Origin: Octopus vulgaris
Taxonomy: Eukaryota
Length of the DNA stretch: 64,000 bases
Direction of reading: 5' to 3'
Assembly: GCA_951406725.2 (NCBI GenBank)
Contig: OX597824.1
Span: 23,932,001-23,996,000, forward strand
Below are positions 1-15,120 of this stretch, one piece after another (positions within the stretch are counted from its first letter, which is position 1; every line of letters begins with the position of its first letter). The position numbers and the translations under genes were made by a program. The notes below the pieces were generated by a model. That model was not told the origin of the DNA. It did no database searches and saw only the letters and a list, made by a program, of their open reading frames with translations.

Positions 1-131
1 AGATATATTTCCATATATACATACATATATATATGTATGTATGTGTGTGTCTGTGCGTGCGAGGCATGCGCGTGTACGTGCGTGTATATACTCAATACAA
101 TGAGGGACAGTGTGTGTCAATGAGGGACAGA

Positions 132-190
<59 letters not shown>

Positions 191-282
191 TATATGTGCA
201 CACTCATGGTTTGAGGGTCGAAACACACTAATTTCTTCTTTATATGCCTATATACGTAGATAGATGGATATACATACATATA

Positions 283-330
<48 letters not shown>

Positions 331-798
331 TATGTGTGTGAATGTGTGTGTGTTTCATTATATCGAATATACTAAGGTGGGTTTTTATTATGAGCATACA
401 CGTTCGATTATAATTACAGACATGTAGGCTCACATAGCCGCACCTAGCTAGAGAAAACATGTCCATACGCAAACACGCGTTTATATAAATATACACCAGA
501 CATAAATGTATACAGTTATACAATTACTTTGAAATAAAACCAAATTATACACGCATACAGCCATACTTACACACACATGATATTACGCATGAACTCACAT
601 GCATATGCTGCATATATACATACACACACATACACACGTATGCATGCATGGAATAGCACATAACCATACACAGGGAAGCACGTACTTTCTGGCAGACACG
701 GTGGAATCGATACACTAACCTCATCGCGTAATGGGAACTGTGACACGAAGCCACCTCCCTACCACTCAGACACACACATATCTATATCACACAAAAAT

Positions 799-829
<31 letters not shown>

Positions 830-904
830 ACACACACGTATCATATATAATATACACGCATGCACGAAGTAAAACTTGGCAATATTCATGACTGTATATA
901 TGTG

Positions 905-1129
905 TATTTCACTACTGCCCACAAGGGGCTAAACACATAAGGGGACAAACGGATTATGTCGATTACATCGACCCCCCCCCCCCAGGGCGTAACTGTTACT
1001 TAATTTATCGGCCCCGAAAGGATGAAAGGCAAAGTCGACCCTCGACGGAATTTGAACTCAGAACGTAACGGCAGACGAAATACCGCAAAGCATTTCGCCC
1101 GGCGTGCTAACGAGTCTGCCAGCTCGACT
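905..1129 (-). mobile_element. tRNA-derived SINE family B, single unit with T1 (LINE-like) tail
   Basis: Reverse complement reads GAGCTGGCAGA...GAAATGCTT..CGGTATTTCGTCTGCCGTTACGTTCTGAGTTCAAATTCC (B box) ...CCTTTCATCCTTTCGGGG...CCCCTTGTGGGC, matching the other family-B copies. Confidence 0.85.
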
Positions 1130-1136
1130 GTATATA

Positions 1137-1204
<68 letters not shown>

Positions 1205-1246
1205 TATCTGTGTGTGTCTGTGATTTTCTCTATGTGTGTATGTATA

Positions 1247-1701
1247 CTCTTACTCGTTTACTCTTTTATTTTTATCAGTCATGGTTTTTCAGACATGGTT
1301 TTTCAGACCACGCTGGAGCTCCCCCTTTAGTCGAGAAAATCGGCCCCAGGACTTATTCTTTGGAAGCTTAGTACTAAATATATCGGTGTCTCTTGCCGAA
1401 CCGCTAAGTTACGGGGACGTAAACACACCACCATCGGTTGTCAAGCAATGTTGGGGGGGACAAACACAGACGCACAAACACATACTCACACATACACAAA
1501 CACACATATATATATATATATATATACATATATACGACGGGCTCCTTTCACTTTCCGTCTACCAAATCCACTCACAAGGCTTTGGTCGGCACGAGGCTAT
1601 AGTAGAAGACACTTGTCCAAGGTGTCAGGCAGTGGGTCTGAACCTGGAACCACGTGGTTGGTAAGCACGCTACTTACTACACAGCCATATATACACGCCT
1701 C
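1247..1701 (-). mobile_element. tRNA-derived SINE family A, near full length
   Basis: Both modules of family A plus the internal (CA)/(TA) tract, in reverse orientation. Confidence 0.85.
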
Positions 1702-1770
1702 ATGAATTTATATAGAAAAGGATAAACAGAGACAAAGTGATAGATCGATCGATAGATAGATCGATCTATC

Positions 1771-1804
<34 letters not shown>

Positions 1805-1805
1805 C

Positions 1806-1854
<49 letters not shown>

Positions 1855-1999
1855 TCAGTATGCGTGTTCACATTTACACATACATATTAGTATATTTATA
1901 CATATTTAAACATGTGTGCGCGCAACAAATACTATCATTCATAAACGACAAATACTCACAGAAATACACACACACACACACACACTACACACACTACAC

Positions 2000-2046
<47 letters not shown>

Positions 2047-2121
2047 AAAGACTTTTTCTCAAGTTCTTAATGTATTTTTGTCTCTTACCTATCTATCTAT
2101 CTCTCTATCTATCTATATCTG

Positions 2122-2186
<65 letters not shown>

Positions 2187-2245
2187 GTCTGTCTGTCTAC
2201 CTATGTCTGTCTGTCTATCTATGTCTGTCTGTCTATCTCTGTCTG

Positions 2246-2302
<57 letters not shown>

Positions 2303-2479
2303 TTATCTATCTATCTATTTATCTGTCTGTCTGACTATCTATCATTCTATGTCTATAATTACACATACACACACATATATACATTCATATTAACATACCC
2401 CCAGAACACTACAAGGACATGCCTACCCGCATACGAGCATACACACTCACAAACCCACACACACATAGTCTTCGTGCCA

Positions 2480-2680
2480 GCGAGGAACCTGTAGGACTAA
2501 AAATAGCAGTGATGACTATCACAAATCACACCATACAATCTTTAAAAAGAAATGCATAAACATTCGATGATGTAGTCCTCGATTGACTTATGTAGCAGGG
2601 CTGGACGTCTTGAGAAAGCAGCATCATTGATCATACATTAGCCCGAATAGGGTCGACCCGGGGTTAAACAACGATGCCAA
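2480..2680 (+). repeat. Dispersed repeat family D (unclassified, ends in GGGG(C/T)TAAACAAC)
   Basis: Shares AAATAGCAG..CAAATC..CAAATCACACC and GACC.GGGG.TAAACAAC with degenerate copies near 16440-16620, 19365-19550, 20235-20600, 39420-39830, 42040-42120, 43210-43410 and 45930-46290. Confidence 0.55.
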
Positions 2681-3475
2681 CAACATTCCTTTAGAGCAGA
2701 GTATCCGAAGGGTAGGGAGTAGTGTGTGTGTGTGTGTGTGCGAGTGCATTCGCATGCACTCGCGTTTTAACCCCACCCCCACCCCCACCCCTTTCTTCAC
2801 AAACAACAATTATGCACGTACACGCACTCGGAAGCATGCACCGCGCGCGCACGCAGGAACACGTATGCACAGAGGCGTGCAAACGCGCTTACAGTTTAAA
2901 TATATGTTCACTTACGCCTACAATTATTCGCACATAAGCACCTGTTCTCATATACAAGCTCATACATATATATATATACATACGGAAACACACGCATACG
3001 TGCATCCATACATGCATATATGTGTGTGAGTGTGTGCGTGTGTGTGGTCATGCGTGCATGCATGTTTGTCTGTGTGTGTGTGAGTGTGTACATATATATA
3101 CATACATACATACATACATACATACACATATATATATATGAGCATCCATGAACATGCATATATATATATATATGTGCATGCATGAACATACATATATATA
3201 TATATAAATATATATGAGCATGCTTGAACATGAACGCACGTATCCTTATGTATCTGTCCACGCACAGAAATACAGACATACACACACTACCACACACACA
3301 CACACGCATACATACACACGGGTAGAAGCGTTATACAAACATGCGAACGCATGCACACATCCTTCAGACAATGATCTCTCCTACACACGGAGAGAAAGAC
3401 AGAGACCCACAGAGGATAGTGAATATCGGCAAGAGAAGACGATAGACAGAGAGAACCAAGGGAGGATGGTGCAGT

Positions 3476-3537
<62 letters not shown>

Positions 3538-3827
3538 GAGTGTGAGAGAGAGGGAGTAGGCAAAAATAGAGGAAGGTTGAGAAAGAGAAGGCAAAGGCGG
3601 ACACTCAACTTCCTATATATATATATATATAAGTGTATATAGTAGGTCTTTGTCTATATACACGCGTACATACATACACTCACGAACGGGTACAAAGAAG
3701 TCATGATACATACACAAATATATTCACATAGACACATACACGAACATAATGACACGCTGCCAAAACCAGTCAATACATATGTGTGTATATGTGTGTGTAT
3801 ATATAAATACACACACACACATGTCTA

Positions 3828-3875
<48 letters not shown>

Positions 3876-4414
3876 TACGCGCATACCTACACGTATTCGC
3901 CCGCACGCACACGTATACATACATACGCATGTACCCGCATTGCATGCATTCGCTCGTGCACGCGGGTGCAAATGCACCGACCAGAACTCTCGCCCACAAA
4001 ATGCAGAAAACGATAAGAATTCGGTTATATACTGACACACACGTCTACATAGATGCATATACGCATACATACATACATACATACATACATACAAACATAC
4101 ATACATAGATACATACATACATACATACATACATACATACATGCATACATACATACATACAAACATGCATGCATACATACATATACACATCCATATATAA
4201 ACACATACATGCATACATACATGTACATATGCACATATATATATATACATATATACACATATATACACGTCTACATAATGCATACATGCATACATACATA
4301 CATACATACATACATACATACATACATACATACACATGCATATATACACACATACATGCATACATACATATACAAATGCACATAAATATACATACATGCT
4401 TGCATACATACATG

Positions 4415-4468
<54 letters not shown>

Positions 4469-5194
4469 TATATACATATACACACACACACCAACATTCA
4501 TACACATACATATATATGTATACATGCATACATACACTGATTTAGGTGTATGTATATATATATATATGCAAATGTATGAACATGTATATATGTATATATA
4601 TGCTTAAATACATGTGTAATACATGTGCATATATATGTACATATATATATATGCATGTATATATATATATATGTATATATATAGTTGCAAGCCATATAAA
4701 TATACACACCTACTTATGTATACATATACCGTTATATACAACTCATACACAAACACATACGAACAAAAATACACACATCTAGATCCACATGTACGCGCGC
4801 GTGTGTGTGTAGGTGTGCAGATGCACATTTGTGCAGCAAGCTATCCTCTGCAAATATTAGCAGAACCCCCCCTCCCACACACACACACCTATTAATATAC
4901 ACATGCATTCATAAACATAATCACACCAGCAGAATGTTGCATGCATACATACACCTATAGCCGTACAAACATACACGCGTAGACACAAGTACATATACAC
5001 GCATACACGAGTTGATATATATATATATACACACATAATTACAGACATGCACATGTATATTTTAATGTAAACACTTACGAATTTTTATGTATATATTGAT
5101 GGGTGTGCATACATACGCACGTACAGAATGCCATGCAGAGATTATATATACACATACACATGTGTTCACAACAATAGAAATAAGTGTGTGCATG

Positions 5195-5237
<43 letters not shown>

Positions 5238-6348
5238 ATATATATGTATGTATATTTATTTATATGTACATATATATACTTATATACTTATGTACATATG
5301 CAGTCATAATAACGGGAATATGTGCATGTCTGTATATACACTTATATATATATATATACATATATATATTTACATACATATATATAAATACATGTATGTA
5401 AATATATATATATGTGTATATATATATGTAAATATATATATGTATATATATATATATTATCTCAACACAAACATACACCTAGGCAGCCTGGCACGCACTC
5501 AGAGATATATACACCGAGAACAAAACACCTACACCGATATATATGTACGTATAAATATATGTACATAGGTATATATAGATATGTATATATATCTATATCT
5601 ATCTCTCAATATATATATATATACATATAACGTACAGACAAACACACGTACACTAACGATCATAAACATAAACATACCGACACACTCTCTCATGTAAACA
5701 CACACACCCAAACACACCCAAACACACACATACACACACATACGCACACACACACACGCACACACTCACATCCACACACACACAGACAAACACACACACA
5801 CACACGAGCAGACAGACAGAGTATGGAGTTTATAGTGGCATTAGTTGATGTATGATCATACTGTTCAATATCGACCGCAATATCAAACTGTCTGGGTCAC
5901 CGTGACATCAATGGCGACTGAAATCTTGTGACCTGTGCAAGCGCATTGTGCAATTCACACACTGCACACATACACGGTATATATATATATATGTATATAT
6001 GTATATATATACATATACATCGAGTAAAATCGAGACGTGTTTATGCCCGTGTATGTATGTATTTGTATATGTATATATATTTGCTGTGTGTATATATTTT
6101 TGGTGTGTATGTATGTGCGTGCGTTCGTGCGTGCTTATGTTTGTTTATAGAAGAATTTTCAAGACACAAGACACACCTCAAGACATCGCGTTGAAAAATA
6201 TTAAAATATTATTAAAGTATTGTGTATAAAGGGCAGATCGTATGCGAGTGTATATGGTGATGTATATGAGTGTATATATACTTTTGTATGTGAATGTGTT
6301 TATATATGCATAGACATATATAGATAAATATGTATATTGCATGTATGT

Positions 6349-6386
<38 letters not shown>

Positions 6387-6396
6387 GTGTTCGTGT

Positions 6397-6431
<35 letters not shown>

Positions 6432-6469
6432 GAAACGGATGAAAATAGAAGTCAATATGTTTCATCTTT

Positions 6470-6699
6470 TATCATTTTATCGTTCACTTCTTTTAGTCAT
6501 TTTACAGCGGCCATGCTGGGGCACGGCATTGAAGAATTTTTAGTCGAATGAATGGACCTCAGTACTTTTTTTTTCTTTTTTTAAAGTCTGTTATTTATTT
6601 ATGTGGGTCTCTTTTGCTGAACCGCTAATGGTACGGGGATGTAAGCAAACCTACACCGGTGGTCATGACACCAAGACACACACGCACACACATAGATAT

Positions 6700-6730
<31 letters not shown>

Positions 6731-7105
6731 CATTCATACATACATACGGACATACATATATACATATATATATACGACAGGCTTCTTTCAGTTTCCGTCC
6801 ACCAATTCCACTTACAAGGCTCTGGTCGGCCCGTGGCCATAGTAGAAGTCATTTGCCCAAGGTGCCACGCAGTGGGACTCAACCTGTCACCATGTGGTTG
6901 TGAAGGAAGCTTCTTACACACACACATATATATATATATATGCGATGGACTTCTTTCAGATTCTGCCCACCAGATTCATTCACAAGGCTACGGTCGCCCC
7001 GAGGCTATAGTAGAAGACACTTGACCAAGGTGCGACGGACTGGAATTGAACCTGGAATAATGAAGAGTGGGAAGCAAGCTTCTAACCCCACAGCTATGCC
7101 GCCGC
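6470..7105 (-). mobile_element. SINE family A, one degenerate copy plus an extra 5' module
   Basis: Family-A motifs GCGGCCATGCTGG, GAACCGCTAA, CTTTCAGTTTCCGTC and CCCAAGGTGCCACGCAGTGGGACT; the 5' module is repeated at 6940-7105. Confidence 0.8.
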
Positions 7106-7320
7106 AAGTGTTCGTACACACAGAGACTCAAAACCTATAGAAAATTACCAATACGTGTGTGCTATGTCACGAGCATTTTGGACCAACTTTTCTGTCCGAT
7201 GTTGATTCGACATTGAAACATGTGGCTATATTTTTCAATAGCACGATAACAACCTTTCTACTTTTTCTCTCTTTTTTTTTTTTTGCTTCTTTTTTATGTG
7301 CGTGTGCGTAGCATGTATAT

Positions 7321-8001
7321 AATCTTTTCTACTCTAGGCACAAGGCCCGAAATTTTTGGGGAGGTGTCCAGTCAATTAGATCGACCCCTGTACGCAACTG
7401 GTACTTAATTTATCGAACCCCAAACGGAAGAAAGACAAAGTCGACCTCGGCGGAATTTGAACACAGAAAAAAAAAAGACAGACGAAATACCGCTAAGCAT
7501 TTCTTTATTACCCACAAGGGGCTAAACATAGAGGGGACAAACAAGGACAGACATAGGAATTAAGTCGATTACATCGACCCCAGTGCGGAACTGGTAATTA
7601 ATTTATCGACCCCAGTGCGGAACTGGTACTTAATTTATCGACCCCGAAAGGATGAAAGGCAAAGTCAACCTCGGCGGAATTTGAACTCACAACGTAACGC
7701 AGACGAAATACCGCTAAGCATTTCTTTAGTACCCACAAGGGGCTAAACATAGAGGGGACAAACAAGGACAGACATAGGAATTAAGTCGATTACATCGACC
7801 CCAGTGCGTAACTGGTACTTAATTTATCGAGCTAACGTCTCCCCAGGAGGAGGCAAGTCGATTAGATCGACTCCAGTATGCAACTGGTACTTAATTTATC
7901 GACACCAAAGGGATGAAAGGCAAAGTCGACTTCGGCGGAATTTGAACTCATAACGTAAAGACAGACGAAATACCGCTAAGTATATCTACCAGCTCGAGGC
8001 C
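7321..8001 (-). mobile_element. SINE family B stacked array (several units, T1 and T2 tails)
   Basis: Repeated GGCAAAGTCGACCTCGGCGGAATTTGAAC and CCCACAAGGGGCTAAACA; T2 tail (TCTACTCTAGGCACAAGGCCCGAAA) at the left end. Confidence 0.85.
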
Positions 8002-8018
8002 TTTTCCCCTATATATTT

Positions 8019-8140
<122 letters not shown>

Positions 8141-9641
8141 TTGTGTGTGTCAGCATACATATGTATGTACCTGTATCTGTGTATGTGTATGTAAGTACAT
8201 ACATGTATGTATATATAATTCTGTATTCTATAAAGCAACATGTATGTCAGTACCAGAGCAATGACCTCAAAATACGTATGATACTGAGCTACCTAAGCAA
8301 CTTGTTCATACACAGCCAGTAGGTTCAAATCACAGACACGTAGTGAGCTCCTCGCAATTATCTTCTTTTTTTTTTTTGTTTTTTCTTCTTTTTTTTTCCT
8401 CTTTTTCAATCTTTTCTAAACTTTATTAAAGATTATTTAAAAACCCGAGTAACTTTCCACTAAAAATGATAACCGCATCTTACACATATCTTTCATACGA
8501 CAAAGAAACAAACACCTTTTCAAGAGATTTTTCAACTGAGAACAACAGAACAACACAGAGCAACACATTTATTATTTAAACTCACAACAAAAAGCTAAAC
8601 GAATGCGTCTGATATTGTTTTGTTTTTGTTTGTTTTTGTTTTGTCTTTTGCTTCTTCATCCACCCGCCCCCCACCCCACCTTCCTCACTCTCTCTGTTCC
8701 GTTTATTTTTTCTTCTACAAATCTCTCCTCACGAGTTTATGAATCTCTGCCTCGCGTTACTATATATACAGCGTTGTTTACGATATATATACACTGTCTC
8801 ATATTGGTTGCTTTAGAAATGTCTCGTGAGTTATTTTGTGTATCTGCTACATTTACAATGTGACGGTGTTTGATAAAAAAAAGAAAAAAAAGAATAAAAT
8901 AAATAAATAAAATAAAATAAAATAAAATAAAATAACATTAGCATTTCATTGTCTACAAGCGAAAAAAAAAATTTTTTTGAACAAACTTATCACGTTTTTA
9001 ATGGTTTAATATCCAAACGTTCATACATACATACATACATGCATACATACATACATACATACATACATACATACATACATACATACATACACACACACAT
9101 ACATGCATACATACATACATACATACACACACATACATGCATACACACATACATACATACATACATACATACATACATACATACATACATACATACACAC
9201 ATACATACATACATACACACATACATACATACATACATACATACATACATACATGCATGCATACATACATACATAAATACATACATACATACATGCATAC
9301 ATACATACATACATACATACAATCATACATATATATATATATATACATATATATATGTATATGTATAAATGTGTATATATGTATATATGTATGTATAAAT
9401 AATTATATATTTGTGTGTGTGTGTGTGTGCGCGCGTGTACGTGTGTGCACATATATAGAAAGAGGGAAATAAATATATATATAAATGCGTGTGTGTGTGA
9501 GTGTATATGTGAATGTGTGTGTGTATGTGAGTGTATATGTATACGTGTGTGTATGTGTCTGTGCTTGTTTGTGTGTGAGTGTATATGTGAATGTGTGTGT
9601 GTGTGAGTGTATATGTATACGTGCGTGTATGTGTCTGTGCT

Positions 9642-9694
<53 letters not shown>

Positions 9695-9699
9695 GTCCA

Positions 9700-10120
9700 C
9701 CACAGCATCCCGTTCTTGTTGCTGTGTGATGACTTGTGTGCATCAATGACTCAGAGTGCTACGCCAATAAAGCGCAAGCTGCCGGTGCAGCCTTCCATGT
9801 TTAGCTGGTCAACGGATAGAAGCCTCCACTTCCCAAAGGTAAAATTGAGACGGTGTAGGGCTAACACCCCTATCTAGGGGGAAAAGAAAGGAAAGATACA
9901 GAAACATCGATGACAATTGAAAACCTATAAAACCTGGGAGAGGAAGGCCTTTCTTTCTTCAGGGGAAATATATGAAACCATGAGGAATACCCCTAAAAAT
10001 AGCTGAAAGTGGGGTACGGAGAGAGAGCTGAAAAAGTAGGGACCCAGCTGGAGCTAAGCAGATGAGAGATGTCAGGGACGAAGACAGCGAAGAAAATATG
10101 TCACTGCTCAAGGCATCATA
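9700..10120 (+). mobile_element. Degraded RTE-clade LINE remnant (5'-UTR-like segment plus ORF C-terminus)
   Basis: From 9992 the sequence translates PKNS*KWGTERELKK*GPSWS, resembling the RTE C-terminal GRPKxTWxxxVExELxxxGLSW motif; upstream GGTGTAGGGCTAACACCCC resembles an RTE 5'-UTR motif. Confidence 0.5.
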
Positions 10121-10149
10121 GAGCAATCACAGAATCGATCAGACCACAG

Positions 10150-10365
10150 GATGCAGTTATACACCGCTGGTTACAATGCGCTTCCAATTCTGTTTTGATT
10201 GCGCCATTCTGTTTAATCTTGACCCAAACTGCTCAACTAAATCGTATTCTCATCGGTGTGGAGGCTTTCCAAGTGGCCTTTTCCGGTCTCTTGGATAGCA
10301 CTGCGCAAATGCAACGGGTTCACTTGTTGTCTGTGGACCTTGCGACATGTACAGCGGAGCACGAA
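10150..10365 (-). mobile_element. Degraded RTE-clade LINE 3' end
   Basis: With one frameshift the minus strand translates [11 protein letters not shown].../[40 protein letters not shown], matching the RTE C-terminal GHVAR..D.RW....W.P...KR..GRP..RW.D motif. Confidence 0.8.
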
Positions 10366-10387
10366 GTAAGTAATAAATGTGTGTGTG

Positions 10388-10567
<180 letters not shown>

Positions 10568-10915
10568 TACAAATAGATTCAATAGGAATGAACGCTTAAG
10601 AAGTTTGTTTCCCCAAAATGAGAGGATCTGGGTTCGAATATACAGCAAATATAATTTTTCTCTTCCCTTTAGTCAACCGAAATCTTGTAAATGAAATTGG
10701 GTAAACGGAGATTGTATAGAAGCCCATAGACTGCATTTTATCTATAATCGAAAAATGTCGAAGAGAGTGTTACGCTGATTGTGTTTAACTATCATGGTCT
10801 GAGCACATATATTTGTCGTACACGTATTTGTACAATGCTCGACAACCTGTACGTTAATTCAAGCGACTGAATTTTCCTCGTTCAACGACTTGATTCACCA
10901 CTGTGTATGTATGTA

Positions 10916-10992
<77 letters not shown>

Positions 10993-11091
10993 ACAACGCT
11001 AGCCAGGTTTCCTATATGAAATGCTGATGAGGTGGTACCTTGTATTATAATTATTCTCTCGTTATCTATCTATCGATCGATCAATCTCTCT

Positions 11092-11127
<36 letters not shown>

Positions 11128-11162
11128 GTGTGTATGTGTGTAACCTTTCACTTGTTCAGTCA

Positions 11163-11518
11163 TCAGGAGTGGCTGTGTGGCAAGTAGCTTGCTTACCAAC
11201 CACATGGTTCCGGGTTCAGTCCCACTGCGTAGCACCTTGAGCAAGTGTCGGAAACTGAAAACAAGCCCGTCGTATATATGTATATGTATATATATGTGTG
11301 TGTGTGTGTGTATTTGTCCTCCCAACATTGCTTGACAACCGATGCTGGTGCGTTTACGTCCCCGTAACTTAGCGGTTCGGCAAAAGAGACCGATAGAATA
11401 AGTACTAGGCTTACAAAAGAATAAGTCCTGGGGTCGATTTGCTCGACTAAAGTCGGTGCTCCAGCATGGCCACAGTCAAATAACTGAAACAAGTAAAAGA
11501 GTAAAAGAGTAAAAGAGA
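11163..11518 (+). mobile_element. SINE family A with internal deletion
   Basis: A box TGGCTGTGTGG, B box GGTTCAGTCCC, 3' module ending (GTAAAAGA)n. Confidence 0.85.
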
Positions 11519-11982
11519 TAGTGACCATGCTGTGAATTGGGCATCGTTTCGAAGTGTTTAGTGTAGCACATCAACCCGATACATACAGTTTATTCTGGTA
11601 CTTACTTATTCTGACTGACTCCTTCGCCGAGCCGTTAAATTATAGCAAAACAAACAAGCCAATATTGTCCCGCGAATGGGGCAGGAGAGATAAGCACTTA
11701 CGCAAAAGCACACAATATACACCTGAACACACCAGCACACACTCACACACACACACATACACACATGTATTTTTCAACAATATTATTCTGGGCTCCATAA
11801 CTGTTTTCATACCTCAGTCTAATTTTCTGAATGAAATGATAAAGAGTGGTGCGTTTTATACTAGGCAGCCAATGATCATAGAAAATGTGTTGTATCTAAT
11901 AAGATCATCATCGTCTCTCTCTTTAAAATGACCCAACTGTTAACTCTGGGTTACTGTCGTAGTTAATTCTGTGTATACTATA

Positions 11983-12536
11983 CGTGGTCTGATCGAAAAG
12001 TATCGGGCCTGGGGCGATAAAAGAAAAGCTACAACACATATCAATTCGCTATTCAGTCTCCTTCAAAGTAGTCCCCTTTTGAATCCACGCCCTTTATCCA
12101 GTGTCGTTTCCATTTATGGAAGCATTCATGGAACTCCTTTTTTTGGGGGGGGGGATAGCAAGCAGCTCTTGGATTACCCTGATGCCTTGAAATCTTGTTG
12201 GAGCCTTCAACTGCTAAGACTGAGCTTTGGTTTCGGGATCATAGCTATTGAACACGATTCGTCTCATGTTACGACCATTTTAAAAAAGTTTACCTCTTCC
12301 TCGAGGCAATCAAGAAAGTCCTGTGCTGCTGAAATCCGATCTTCTTTTCGAGACGACCATACTCTACTCACTTTACTTTGAAACACTGCAATAAATGACG
12401 GATGCGAGTGACGACGTTATAAGATAGTGTACATGTACGACAGAGTACAAGGTCAATCTGTGCCAAGCAGCTTCACTCTGCGTACTTTAGCTCCGTTACT
12501 ATAGCAACAATCCCGGTACTTTGTGATCAGACCTCA
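11983..12536 (-). mobile_element. Mariner-type non-autonomous DNA transposon (internal deletion derivative)
   Basis: TIRs CGTGGTCTGATCGAAAAGTATCGGG / CCCGGTACTTTGTGATCAGACCTCA, each flanked by TA; the minus strand near 12050-12115 encodes a WKRHW...KGDYFEGD* mariner transposase C-terminus remnant. Confidence 0.85.
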
Positions 12537-14094
12537 TATATAACTGTGTTAGATTTTGTTCTGTATCTTTGATATTGATTAATCATCCATAACTAATCTT
12601 CTGAATATTATTTTTTCTCTTATATATAGAATGATAAGTTTATATAACAATGTGTCTTGGTTTGTTTCCAGCTGGGTATCAATGTACAATTGTAAATGTT
12701 CCGTGTTGTAAATGCGTAGGAAAATATCGTACCATCTTACATAAAATTTTACAAACGTATATGCATGTATATATTTATGTATGCATAAATTCCTGAATAT
12801 ATATGTGCGTGTGTATGTATGTGTGTGCATGCACCTGTCTGTGTGAGACAGGGATTATGTCTGTATCTCTCTATTTATCTGTCTCTATGTGTATAAATAT
12901 ATATATGTATATATCTACACACACACACACAGAGTCATGCATGCATATATACTTAATAAACGCACACATACACACACATATGTGCATACATAAATATATA
13001 TATAGATATCTGTGTGTGTATGCATATATGTATGCATGTATGTATGTATGTATGTATTATGTATGTATGTATGTATGTATGTATGTATGTATGTATGTAT
13101 GTATATATGCATGTATGCATGTATGTATGTATGTATGTATGTATGTATGTATGCATGTATACAGAAGTCACTGACGATATTTAATGAAAGTATATTTAGT
13201 CCTGCTTCTGAGAACCAAATGAGTTTCAGCGTCTAGAAGCGAGGATTTTCTCAACTAATTGTGTTTCGCATTAAACGCTTATCAGGAATCGCGCCACTTA
13301 CCTCCTCCTGTATTCGCCCAAGATTACTATATCAAACTCTAATAACTGTATTGAGTGCTCGGTTTTTCATTTGTACTAATTTAACAATTTTTTTTTCTAA
13401 TTAATATCTTTGTATGTAAATTCTGATTGCTATATCTGTAGTATTAATTAAAGGTGTGATACAATCTACGCAACAGATTGATTAGAACAATTAACTACTT
13501 GTCGAGTTGTTAATTGCTGCAAATAACAAGGCTGCAGGTTCAGTCCTTTAGATATCGCCAGGAGAATAAACTCAGATATCACTTGAGGACGACGGGAAAT
13601 GGTAATCGAAGAATGATGTCAGAATCGATAATAATGAACTGCTAATAACAAATAAAATACGCTCTAGTCTAGCAACACATTAGTGGAAGCTAATCACCTG
13701 AAAAAAATGGAAACGAATCTATGCATACACACTTATATATATATGTATGTATATACATACGTACGTGTATGTGTGCGTATGTGCGAGTGTGTGTGTGTGT
13801 GTGTATTTGTGTTTGTGCGTCTATTTATATTTGTACGTTTTTGTGTGTGAGTGTGAGTGTATGTGTATTTGTGTTTGTGTTTTTGCGTGTGATCGTGTGT
13901 CTTTATATGGTATACACGTTTATACGTATATAATTCCGTACATGTATGTATATTATCTGTATGGGTGTATATGTGAATATATACATATATATATTTATTT
14001 GCATTCAAATCATGAATTAAAATGTGTAATTACATACATACATATATATATACTTGTATATATGTGTGCGCAAATGTGTATGTGAGCGCGCACA

Positions 14095-14166
<72 letters not shown>

Positions 14167-14267
14167 TGTGAGTGAGTAAGCGTACATTTTAGGGCCTACA
14201 TTTATATAAATATATGTGCATATACGTACACACACACACACACTCACATATGATATATTATATATAT

Positions 14268-14670
14268 AAGGCGACGAGCTGGCAGAAACGTTAGCATGCC
14301 GGGCGAAATGCTTAGCGGTATTTCGTCTGCGTTACGTTGTGAGTTCAAATTCCGCCGAGGTCGACTTTGCCTTTCATCCTTTCGGGGTCGATAAATTAAG
14401 TACCAGTTACGCACTGGGGTCGATGTAATCGACTTAATACCTATGTCTGTCCTTGTTTGTCCCCTCTGTGTTTAGCCCCTTGTGGGTAATAAAGAAATAG
14501 AAATAGGTATTTCTTCTTCCACTAAGTTCTGAGTTCAAATTCCTCCGAGGTCGACTTTGCCTTTCATCCTTTCGAGCTCGATAAATTAAGTACCAGTCGC
14601 ATACTGGACTCAATTTAATCGACTGGACGATCACCAAAACTTTCGGTCCTTGTGCCTAGAGTAGAGAAGG

Positions 14671-14676
<6 letters not shown>
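14268..14676 (+). mobile_element. SINE family B stack: head + unit-T1 + older unit-T2
   Basis: Full head AAGGCGACGAGCTGGCAGAA; T1 tail ...GTGGGTAATAAAGAAAT, then AGGTATTTC restart and a T2 tail CCTTGTGCCTAGAGTAGA. Confidence 0.9.
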
Positions 14677-14707
<31 letters not shown>

Positions 14708-14711
14708 TTAT

Positions 14712-15120
14712 AGGCGTAGGAGTAGCTGTGTGGCAAGTAGCTTGCTTACGAACCACATGGTTCCGGGTTCAGTCCTACCTTACCCTCGGGCCGACCAAAG
14801 CCTTGTGAGTGGATTTGGTAGACGGAAACTGAAAGAAGCCCGTCGTATATATGTATGTGTGTGTGTTTGTGTGTGTGTGTTTGTGTGTGTGTTTGTGTGT
14901 GTGTATATGTTTGTGTGTCTGTGTTTGTCCCCCCCCAACATCGCTTGACAACCGATGCTGGTTTTGTTTACGTCCCCGTAACCTAGCGGTTCGACAAAAA
15001 GAGACCGATAGAATAAGTACTTGGCTTACAAAGAAGAACTCCTGGGGGGTCGATGCGCTCGATTAAAGGCGGTGCTCCGGCATGGCCACAGTCACATGAC
15101 TGTAACAAGTAAAAGAGAAA
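14712..15120 (+). mobile_element. SINE family A
   Basis: Family-A head, internal (TG)n tract and 3' module. Confidence 0.85.

Noticed and set aside
5820-5960. Unique island with a minus-strand TGCACAG acceptor-like site
   Set aside because: All three frames close quickly and no donor or motif cluster is evident; nothing supportable beyond 'unique sequence'
13162-13210. Hammerhead-like CAGAAG..CTGACGA-TATTTAAT-GAAA-GTATAT-TT..CTTCTG
   Set aside because: Core words are present, but stem II cannot form and stem I is not contiguous with the core; at best a collapsed fossil, possibly chance
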